Shown here: piece after piece, positions 38,523 through 50,100 of the stretch
How positions within the stretch are numbered: the first letter of the stretch is position 1
Layout: each line of letters opens with the position of its first letter
Assembly: GCA_035221665.1 (NCBI GenBank)
Contig: CM069151.1
Span: 33,976,001-34,040,000 of the forward strand
DNA from: Okamejei kenojei
Lineage: Eukaryota
Direction: 5' to 3'
Length of the DNA: 64,000 bases
Made by a program: the position numbers and the translations under genes
The notes under the pieces: model-generated
Database searches by the model: none
Told to the model about the DNA's origin: nothing
What the model saw: only the letters and a program-made list of their open reading frames with translations

Positions 38523-38635
38523 AGGATGATATTGAATACAAGAAACCAAACTTTGGGCGGACGGCCTTAGTGGAAACTGCTTTCTACCGAAGAAACGGGA
38601 TCTTCACTAAACCAGAAGCAGATGCTTCAAATTGA
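38523..38635 (+). CDS. SPMIP1: SPMIP1 exon 2
   Basis: ctttcctaacag| then (E)DDIEYKKPNFGRTALVETAFYRRNGIFTKPEADASN*, conserved F.R.NG.F motif; total 184 aa; AATAAA at 38806. Confidence 0.88.
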
Positions 38636-40451
38636 TTGAGCGCAGGTTGTGGAATAGGATGGCCTACAGGGCATGTTTTCAGATTGGGCTCTACTCCAGG
38701 TCACATAGAACAGGACCTATGCGCTGCGTTTCTGCTGGTTCGGGAGATGTGTGAATCAATCAATAACTACCTTGCATCTTAAACAGATTCTGAGGTAAAC
38801 AGTCCAATAAAACTTTAAGATAAATGTGTATGGACATGGTTTCTCCTTTGGGGATGAATAGAGAAGGTCATGTTCTCCAAGGGAGAGCCACAAATTCAGA
38901 AAGAGAGTTTTGGAGACAGTCATCATGTTCACCAAGGTAAAGTCCCCATCTTTTTTCTGAGAGGTGTTTGCTTCCTCAAAGGACAGGGACATTCTCTGAG
39001 AGCAATGTTGCCCTGAGAGGTTCACATACTCTTAAGAGAGTCATATTCCTTGAAGGGCAGGGACTTGTCTCAAACATTCCCAAGCAGTGTCATTTCCAGT
39101 GGCTGTGCAAAGCACTCTCCCACAAAGTGGTTTGTTTCATAACTGTGACTGTGATGGCTTCATGGTTGGCTATTCAAGATGCTGTTCAATAAGTTGTGAG
39201 TCTTATGTGTCCGATCAAAATTTATTTCTTAACCTATACTGAAATGTCATCGATGGGTGCCTTTCTTCTTTATAGGAAGGAGGCACAAGTGGCTGGTGTG
39301 GTGCGCATTTCACAGTGATTTAGTTTCGGCTATGCTTTGGAAAAGATGGATTGGGGTGGCGATATAATTAACTGAACTCCTGCAGGAAATTCTTGTGGGA
39401 AAGGACAGACTATATTTAGGTAGGGACCCACACACAAGGTGAGCCCTGTGGATCCAAATACATTGGTTAGTACAGGAATAGCCAATGTAACATTTACTCT
39501 TCCAATAAAGGAATCTCTGCTGGGTCACACAGTATTCTTTACCATCTCCCACCTCTTTCATATTTGTACCTCAACGGATGTTAATCCTCACCCTGTCTAT
39601 CCCTATTCATCACCATTGCACAATATCTTTCTCCATCTCCAGGCCTTGAATATTTATCTTCCTCTGTCAATCCACAATCCTTGTGTCTTTCTTTTTCATC
39701 TATATACTTTCATTATCAGTCATCGTTCTCAATCCTAGTGTCTCTCTATCCATCCCCAATCCCACAGCATCTCTTTCTGTCTCTGTTCCCAAAACGACAT
39801 CTCTCTCCCTCCACCCCTAATCCAACAACATCCCTCTCCCTCCAACTCCAATCCTACAGCATCTCTCTCCCTTTTCCCACAGCAACTTCAGTACAGCCCT
39901 CGCTCTATTTGAACCCCAGATCTATTGGATAATAGATGAGCAAGTATCTGCTATTTGTTCTAAGGTAGTTAGCGATTCCTTTCAGTTCATGGAAACTATT
40001 CTCTCTATGTGTGGAACTGTCAACATTTCTTGCGTTCTACTGAGTTAGTCCAATAAACACTGGCTTCGGCAACTTTCTCCCTCCTCTCTCAGGTATTTCC
40101 ATTATTGACCTCTCCACATCAGTCATCTGGAATTGAGGTAAACAAGAAATGTGTTTGTAGTTTCAGCAGAGAAGGTTTAGGTAACAACAGCATCAGAAAC
40201 AACCAACCAGAGTCTGTTTCATCGTTTTTCACAGAACAGAACCTGACTCTGAATAGAATGAGCAGCTGGTCATACTTCACTACCGGGGTCAATGTGTCAC
40301 ATGGCTGTCAGAACCAGCATAGGCTTGATCCACGTTAGAAAGGGTGAGGTTCAGTTTCACTTGATTGATTCCTGAGTCAATCTTTGAATAAAGGTTTGAG
40401 TGCATTTAAGAAGAGTGAGAGACGATACCAATGAAACCTATTAAACCTTTG

Positions 40452-40553
40452 GGGTACACAAAAAGCTGGAGAAACTCAGCGGGTGCAGCAGCATCTAAGG
40501 AGCAAGTTAGATGCTGCTGCACCCGCTGAGTTTCTCCAGCTTTTTGTGTACCC
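40452..40553. repeat. Perfect 47-bp inverted repeat with 8-nt loop (Penelope-derived family)
   Basis: 40452-40498 is the exact reverse complement of 40507-40553. Confidence 0.95.
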
Positions 40554-41024
40554 TCGATTCTCCAGCATCTGCAGTTCCTTGTTTAAAACTATTAAACCTT
40601 TATTGGGTGACAGGAAAACTGCTGAAAAGCTTTTCTTCTTGGCTGGAGTGCAGTCAGGGATTCAAGATAAGTGTTTGGCTACTTAGGTCTTTGAGATAGA
40701 GACTTTCTTCATTCAATTAGTTGTGAATTGTTGGAATTATCTAAACTAATGGACCACAGTCCATGAGTTTCTTCAAGGTGGAGATTGAAAGATTTTGAAC
40801 ACTTAGGGAACCCAAGGATATGACGAGAGGACAGGAAAAAGGAGGGTGGAGAAAACCAGCAAAGTACATTGGACAATGGAGCAGGTTAAGGGCTCTGCCG
40901 AGTAGCTACCGCCTGTTCATATTCTTATTTCTGTGAAATAGGGCTTGGGCCAAGACCATACTCCTCATTCTTCAGTTAAACAATGAGACTAAATCTGTTT
41001 TAAATCCTTTCTTAAAGAGACCAT

Positions 41025-41163
41025 TCAAAACAACGGGTTGAGGGAATCTGTTGCATGGATTCCTGGCTGTTGGACCTCCTTTGAATGTTCACTTCGATTC
41101 TTCCCATCAGTAAAATCCTTAGTTTCCACAGGATTGAACAGTTCATTAAAACTGGCTGTGTTC
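41025..41163 (-). CDS. Unnamed gene last coding exon J
   Basis: cctcttcatag|(R)[16 protein letters not shown]...SLNPLF-TGA; minus-strand AATAAA at 40604-40599. Confidence 0.82.
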
Positions 41164-44100
41164 CTATGAAGAGGTGCAAAGGTAAAAGCTACTGACCGTT
41201 ATAACTCTGCTCACCCCCACTATCTTACATCAACAGCTCCACCCCTCACCTGCTACACCTTCATCTGTAGCCCCACTGTCACGTTTCTCCCACCTGACCC
41301 CTCAAATATACCTCCTAGACCATCTGTCACCTTTCAAGTGCTAACTTCTGCTCTTCAGCGCCATATATCCATCCTCACCCTTCAATTGCTATCCCATAGC
41401 AATACCCTCACACCAACCTCTCAAATGTACCTTGCAACACATTCCTCACCCTCAACCCCTTAGCATTAACCTTACAGCTTCATCCCAATCCCTTAACTGA
41501 ATATCTTACCTTATATGTTCAACCCCACACAATCATAACTAATCCGCAAAAACAACCAGTCATTCTCAACCCCTCAGCACAACTCCCACCCTCACACTGC
41601 TCATTGTTATACCTCTGTTGCAATCCTCCTCACCCTACACCCCTCACTAATATACTGCATTTAAATCTCCACCACGATCACCATTCTAACTCTCCACCCC
41701 TTCTTCTCACTCTCATGTGTCATTCCATTCACCTCTAACAGCCCCATCCTTGCCCCTTGAACACCATCCCTCAATATTATTATAACCTCAACCCCATCTT
41801 CTGCTTAATCCCTTAACCCACTGCTCAAGTCCTCCATCCCACTCTTCCATCAAACAGAAGCTTTCCTACCTCTCGCCTTTTGATCTCAGAATGAAGGTAC
41901 GTTCTTGCCGAAGTTGTTCCAAAGTTTCCCTGACCTTAGTCCTCCAGTGAACAGATTCCTAATGCGGGACACAAACATGCACTGTCAATTCCCAAAACAA
42001 GAGTCACACTGAAGGGTTGAAGAGGGGGTTGTGATTCAGAAAGTGAAAATATCACAGGGGTAAGGTGTGCAATGAATGAGACAATGGAAGGAGACTGAGA
42101 AAGCGTGTGTCTGTGGGTAGCATAGAAGTGAGGGTGCCAGGTGGGGGTAAATTGGAGGCAATTCAGAGGGGTGAGGGACCCAAGATTGAATGTTTAGGGG
42201 ACCAGTCATGAGCTCAACCCTCTAGTGATCTAAATCTATGGCTACTCCTGGGGATTTGGACTGATGATCCAACAATATGCTCAAATCTTGCCACGGCAGC
42301 ATGGAATGTAAATGAAGTAAATCGGAAATTAAATGTCAGTATTAGCAATGACGATCATTAAACTACCACAATATTATACACAGTCATCTAGTTCACAAAT
42401 GTTCTTTGGAGAAGGAAACCTGTAGTCCTTACTCGGACTATTGGTGAGTTTCAATTGCCATCTGAAACACTGAAAAAAACAGTTGCAACAAAGACGTTGA
42501 AGCAGGAAAGAAATGGATGGATCTCCTGCATTGAACTAGCATCTGCTTTTGACAACTCAAAGTCATAGTCCCAGTCGATTGCGTAAACTCTAACTTGCTA
42601 ACATTTAGGAATGTGCGAAAATAGTGAGGGTCATCTTACTGACTCGTCCAGCACCAACCTGGCATTTAATCTCTATCATCATCATCAATCCTGGGCATGT
42701 CATGTACCACCATGGATGTGCCATTGGCAGCTTGTGGTCCAGGTATTGTAAGTCTTCTCCTTTGTCTCTATATTATTTTTATAAAATGGGGACCAGAACT
42801 GTACACTACTAGTATGCCCTAACCAACTTTCCATAAAGAGTCGTGTCATGTCCTTTATTTTCAGTTCTATCCCTTCAGAAATAACCCTAATGCTTTGTTT
42901 GTTTTCTGTAAGGCATTGCTAACATGTTTACACCTTTTAGTGATTCCTTTGATCCTCCATCTATTGGACCGCATCTTCCTAGGTAAAGTGGAATTGACAT
43001 CAGGACAGCATTTGATCGAAAATGGCAACAGTGAGACCCTGTAAAATTGAAGGTAATTGGTTATCAGGGGAAACTGAGAGTCATATTGCGAAGGAAAATG
43101 GTTGTGGTTTTTGGAGGCTTTCTCAGTGTCAGGAATTCCAGCAGGAGCTCCCCAGGAAATTGTTCAAACTATCATTAGTTATTTTAAATCAATAAAATTC
43201 TTCCAGGATAACTGAGGATATTTGTTGATAGCACAATATTCGGATTCATTTGCAGTCCCTGAACTACATTCAGGTTTGAGATGTTAATTGACATGACAAG
43301 TTAACTCCACTGCCACAAAAATTACAGGCAATTAATGATCTTCTCCAACAATAGTGTGTCTAACCTTAGGCCCTATAATGGTCACATCATGTACCGCTAG
43401 CATCTTGACCAGAAAATAATTGTGTCATTTGTTGCATGTGTATTGTGGTTATAAGATCAGGTCAAAGACTGGGTATTCAGTGATGAGTGACTCATCTGCT
43501 GACTGTCCAAAACCTTTTACAAGAAACAAGAGTGTGGTGCAATACTCTACACTTGTCTCGATGAATGCAGCTCTCAAAACACTCAAGTTCAACGGCTTCC
43601 AATAAAAACGATCTTACTTGATTGGCCATCGCCCTAAAGATTCACTACATCAATTCATTTGCACTCGGCTACAGTGTTTCAACATGTACACAATATAATG
43701 CAGTCATATATTTAAGGTTTAATGACCATGTCTCCTAAGTTGTGACCTCAACTACTTGCCAGTTCAAGGGCAGCAGATGTAGGATAAAACTGACATTGTT
43801 ACCCTCCCCTCTGTCACACAACATCCTGACTTGGAAACAATCATAGTTCTTTTATTCTAAGATGTAAAATTAAAACAATTCTTGACCTAACTGCACTGTG
43901 GAAGTACTTTTACCTCATGAAGTGCTGTGGTTGACAAATATGACTAATGGCTAACTCTTCCTCAACAGATGGATGGATGTGTTTAGGGACTATGCAAGAA
44001 TCTAGAAGAAGCATAATGTAGGAAAGTGCAAAATTATCAACCTTGATAGAAAATATGGAAAACCAGTATACTTTTATGAAAGGTAAGACTTGTGTGTTGA

Positions 44101-47100
44101 TATTTAAAAGAGATTTGGATGTCCACGTGCACAAACAAGTTGCGTACAATTAACAAGCAGATTACAATGGTGTTTTTGTTCTTGTTGCAAAATGTTTGGA
44201 GTATGAGAAGGAGGTGTGGTCAAAATTCGTAATGTTTTTGGCGATTTCACAATTTCAGCAGTGTACACATTTTTAGTCTATTTTACACTTGGAAGAATTG
44301 TTGGAATGGTTTTTGACCTGTGAGGGTTTGAACAGAATGGGCCCCTATTCCCCACAATTTAGAAGAATGAAATGAGCTCACTGAAATTGAAGGCGACTTG
44401 CCCGGGAAATGCCGAGAGGAAGCAAAAATTCAGCTATGGGCTATTAGGGCAGGATGATTTTCAAAGCCAGGGATAGGGAATGAGTTTGGGACTGCCGTGA
44501 GAAAAGTGGGGGAGTAAAACAAATGGACTTCAACAGGAGATGGAGTGGACTGGAGGGATGGGATGATGAATTTCCCAACGCAGACAGTTGTAACTTTGAA
44601 CTGTCCCCCTCAAGGGAATGTGATGCTTAGTCATTGACTATATTGAAGACAGATCAATGGCTTTTAGGCACTGAAGAAATCAAGGATTGTCAGGAGGGTG
44701 GGAAAGTGATGTTGAATACTGCCTGATATTGAATGGCAGAGCAGATCTGATCGGACATGAATGATCTTAAATGCACCCATTTAGGCCCTTCTATTCTTCC
44801 TAATCTCCAACTAAACTCGGCAATTCCTATTTATTAGAATGAAACACTGCCATAAAAGCCAATTCTGTCAGACCCATAACCCTTCTATTATGCCCCTCCC
44901 TCAAATCTCCCCTTTTGGCACATGGACCCCCCCTTTCCTGCATTCTGGACGGGGATGCGGTGTAATGGAAAGGCCTAAGCAATCTCATAATCCATGGGTC
45001 CTGTGAGTTATATTTTCTCTCTGGTTCATGATGTCTCACCTTGAGCAGGTCTTCAGTGAGACAATCCTGTCCATATGTCTGAGGGAATGGTCTGTCAATA
45101 GCTGATATCCTGTTCCGAGCAATGGAAAGGCCCTCCAGTACCTGGATGAGAGGAGAAGAGAGATAGTGAGGTAGGGATTAACATTGCTCAACGTGTAAAC
45201 ACAAAAGGCAGCAAATAAGAAGGTCATTAACAACTGGACAGTGAGCATGAGCTCAGACAAGCAAGGGAGAGAAGAGATGAAGAGCCTTGGGTGTGGCATT
45301 GTAGTGTGAACCCCAAGTGAAGTGAATGGCTATGCACAGTTTTCTAGTGTCAAGCACTGGACTGCACACTGACTCCCATGATTGTGGTGGGATGCACATC
45401 AATGGTTTGAAATAATGAGGTTGTAGCACTTGATGTGATCCCAACAAATTCAGAAATGAATGACAAAACTGTTTCTGTGCTACTGATATGTGCTGTCAAG
45501 TGTGAATGTTGATCCTCCAGGGTCAAAGAAATGCCAGGATGTGCCTGACCCTAGCCTCTGCTGTGGATATCAACGGTCATGAGATCAGATGGAGTTATTA
45601 TTAGGTATTGGTGCATGTTCCAGTTTTAAAGCCATCTGCAGCTTGTTGAACTGGGATGGAAGGAGTCTAGGACCTCTCGGGAATAGGAGGTTTTGTTGTA
45701 CCAGGCGCAAGACAATACAGGTAAAGGAATGCAAACACCAACCTGCCCATCTGGCATCCTCCGATTGTGACCCAGGACCTTTATTCATTGCTTCACGTGA
45801 GATACCCTAGGCCTTGGGGCAGGGAACTGCAGTCCCCACTCTTATATCTCAATGGTGTCCTAAGATGACCAAATGCTTTCTCCTAAGAAGGCCACTCAGG
45901 TGCTCATGATCCCTGGTATGAAGCTGAAAGTGGACCATGCTGGGATGATCAGGAGATCTGGTCACCGTGGTCAGTGCCCCAGTCGGAAGCCACTCACCCG
46001 TAGTGTCTGCCTCTCCTTCTCTCTCCTTCGCTTCTCTTCGGCTTTCCTCTGAACATGTGCCAGACTCCTCAGGACATGCTTCTTCTCTTCTTCTGATATT
46101 AATATTGTGTTCGTCTTACACCGAGGGCCACCTATGTGAGACTACACACCAAAAAAAGCAGTCATCCCTCAAATCACCAGCACAAATGACCAAAGGAAAA
46201 CTACTTTATGTCATAGGGTGTGCAGCCTGTCCCTCCCCATGCTGGAGCCTCATGTAATGCACAGTTCCTGCCCACTCCCATAGCATCTACATTCCCACAT
46301 CCCCACACCACCACTGTTTTGTTTCTGTCTCTCTCGCCTCTGCTAGACTAATCACTGGAAGAAGAACTGCGATTTTTGGTGGCTGATAAACTCAGCTAGA
46401 ATCAAAATCAGTAACAGAGACAGAATGTAAAATTCCACACTCAATGGTTGGAGATATGCAGAAAATGGAAAAGCATGACAAAGTTCCCTGCATTCTGTGT
46501 GAGGGTGGATTACATTTTAAATGAGTACCCATGTTTAAAATGCTGTAACCATGGAAACACCTGCACTGATCAAGATTCCACGTAGTTAGTGAATGAGCTA
46601 CTAACGGCCATAGCACGGGATAAGATTAACAATCACCAGGTGAGACCCGAGTTAGTGGCTCAAAGTTCAAGGCAAGTCAGTAAGCTAAACCTGTAGACCC
46701 TTAATCAGAGCTGACTACCAAAAATAGCAAACATCACATGGCTAAGGAATTTCACACTAGGATCTAAATTACATGCAATGAGGTTATTCACATCAGCCAT
46801 CCAGAACCACCTTTTTGCACAGTTGGTGTCTCAATTTTGCTAAAAACATTCATCACCGACGTGAAAATGAGTCACCCAACTGACAGCTTGCAATGGGCCA
46901 GCACATCTGGAAACAGAAGCACTCAGAATAGGACCAAGTGGAAGGCCTGGTCCACAGTGCAGCGAAAGTGAATGATGAATAATTTGGACATATTTCACCT
47001 TTTACTTTGGGAAACAATGCCAAATGGTTAGCACGAATAATAATACAGCAAAAATTGATATAGCAAGAACGAGAGATGATTCCTCAAGAGAATTAAAATA

Positions 47101-50100
47101 GTTGTAATAGATGAGACGAGAGACTGCAGAATCTGGAGCACCAAACAATCTTCTGGGGGAACTCAGCGGGTTGAGCAGCATCTATGGAGGAAACCGTACA
47201 GTTGACATTTCAGAAGTCCAGATGAAGGTTCCCAAATTCGAATCGTGACTATCCATTTCCCTCCACAGATACTGGTCAACCTGTAGTTGCTCCAGATGTT
47301 TGTGAAAAGGTTTGGGCAAATGTTACTTCATTGTAGGGTTGAATGCTTTTTTAGAGTCAAGAATGTTTTATTGTCATGAAACAATGAAATTCTACTACAA
47401 TTAGATGTAAAGAAAAGAAAAACCCAGTAAGTTAATTAGTATCTGGGGGAAAGAAAAGTTGACGACCCTTTTGTCAGAACTGGGAAAAAAAAGATAACAT
47501 TTCAAAGAAGATGGAACAGAGAAAGGATAGGATAAAAAGAGTATGTGTCCAGCGTGAGACCAGATCAAATGGGTTAATGTGACGTTGATTATACTTATTT
47601 GTGTGTGTTGCTTATAGCAAGACTATGGGACATGCTCAGCAGGTCAGGATGAACTAATAGAGAGTAAAACTGTGCCAAAATCACAGGTGGATACATTTCA
47701 GCAGAAATGACTAATACTAATAAAGACAGAAAACCAAGTTACCTAAGGCTGGAGAACTCAACGATGAGTCTAAAAGGCTGCAACGTGCTCAAACAAAAGA
47801 TGAGTTGTAACTCCTACAAGCGGACCCCTAAGTTGGAAGAAGTGTTATGTGAGTCATTGCTTCACCAGGAAAGACTACTTGGGTCTCTGGAAAATAGGAA
47901 GGGAAGGGATGAGGACAGTGTTGCATCTCCTGTGAAAATGAATGGGAAAAGGCTTAGACCTATGTTTTCCGTTATAGTGAATAATGGGTGGCCGATTAGG
48001 AATTTGTACTCGGGTAAGGTATACATAGAATCATAGAAAATAGGTGCAGGAGTAGGCCATTCGGCCCTTCGAGCCTGCACCGCCATTCAATATGATCATG
48101 GCTGATCATCCAACTCAGTATCCTGTACCTGCCTTCTCTCCGTACCCCCTGATCCCTTTAGCTACAAGGGCCACATCTAACTCCCTCTTAAATATAGCCA
48201 ATGAACTGGCCTCAACTACCTTCTGTGGCAGAGAATTCCACACACTCACCACTCTCTGTGTGAAAAACGATTTTCTCATCTCGGTCCTAAAAGACTTCCC
48301 CCTTATCCTTAAAATGTGACCCCTTGTTCTGGAGTTCCCCAACATCGGGAACAATCTTCCTGCAACTAGCCTGTCCAACCCCTTAAGAATTTTGTAAGCC
48401 TCTATAAGATCCTCCCTCAATCTCCTAAATTCCAGCGAGTACAAGCCGAGTCTATCCAGTCTTTCTTCATATGGAAGTCCTGCCATCCCAGGAATCAGTC
48501 TGGTGAACCTTCTCTGTACTCCCTCTATGGCAAGAATGTCTTTCCTCAGATTAGGAGACTAAAACTGTATGCAATGCTCCAGGTGTGGCCTCACCAAGAC
48601 CCTGTACAACTGCAGTAGAACCTCCCTGCTCTTGTACTCAAATCCTTTTGCTATGAATGCCAACATACCATTTGCTTTCTTCACAGCCTACTGCACCTGC
48701 ATGCCTACTTTCAATGACTGGTGTACCAATGCACCCAGGTCTCGTTGCACCTCCCCTTTTGCTAATCGCAACCATTCAGATAATAATCTACCCTCCTGTT
48801 TTTGCCACCAAAGTGGATAACCTCACATTTATCCACATTATACTGCATCTGCCATGCATTTGCCCACTCACCCAACCTATCCAAGTCACCTTGCAGCCTC
48901 CTAGCATCCTCCTCACAGCTAACACTGCCCCCCAGCTTCGTGTCATCTGCAAACTTGGAGATGTTTCATTCAATTCCCTCATATATATCATTAATATATA
49001 TTGTAAATAGCTGGGGTCCCAGCACTGAGCCTTGAGTTACCCCACTAGTCACTGCCTGCCATTCTGAAAATGACCAGTTTACTCCTACTCTTTGCTTCCT
49101 GTCTGCCAGCCAGTTCTCGCTCCACATCAATACTGAACCCCCCAATACCGTGTGCTTTAAGTTTGTATGCTAATCTCTTATGTGGGATCTTGTCGAAAGC
49201 CTTCTGAAAGTCCAGATATAACACATCCACAGGTTCTCCCTTATCCACTCTACTAGTTACATCCTCAAAAAATTCTATAAGATTCGTCAGACATGATTTA
49301 CCTTTCATAAATCCATGTTGACTTTGACCAATGATTTCACCGCTTTCCAAATGTGCTGCTATCCCATCTTTAATAAATGACTCTAGCATTTTCCCCACTA
49401 CCGATGTTAGACTAATTGGTCTGTAATTCCCCATTTTCTCTCTGCCTCCCTTTTTAAAAAGTGGGCTTACATTAGCTTCCCTCCAATCCTCAGGAACTAC
49501 CCCGGAATCTAAAGTGTTTTGAAAAATTATCACTAATGCATCCACTATTTCTGGGGCTACTTCCTTAAGTACTCTGGGATGCAGCCTATCTGGCCCTGGT
49601 GATTTATCGGCCTTTAATCCATTCAATTTACCTAACACCACTTCCCGGCTAACCTGGATTTCACTCAGTTCCTCCATCTCATTTGACCCCTGGTCCCCTG
49701 CTATTTCCGGCAGATTATTTATGTCTTCCTTAGTGAAGACAGAACCAAAGTAGTTATTCAATTGGTCTTCATGTCCTTGTTCCCCATGATCAATTCACCA
49801 GTTTCTGACTGCAAGGGACCTACATTTGTTTTAACTAACCTTTTTCTCTTCAGATAATATTAAATACATCCATAACTATGCTTGTTGGGGCACAAGTATC
49901 TACAAGAGAAGGCTATAGTGACTGTTGCCACCAAGTAACACCTAATATCTCACAAACCCACATGGGCTGACACAGTAAAATAATAACTCTCACCGAGTCT
50001 CTGGACTTTAACTCAGGCCCATCTCCTTGTTGCTGCTTTTGTGTCTGGTCTTGCTTTCTCTTGGACGTGGCTTTCACTGAGGCTTGATCTAATGGAATAT

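Noticed and set aside
45036-45400. Possible Harbinger or Gypsy remnant ([10 protein letters not shown]; RALG..PQV)
   Set aside because: Motif similarity is weak, and 45040-45141 is better explained as a spliced exon in another frame.
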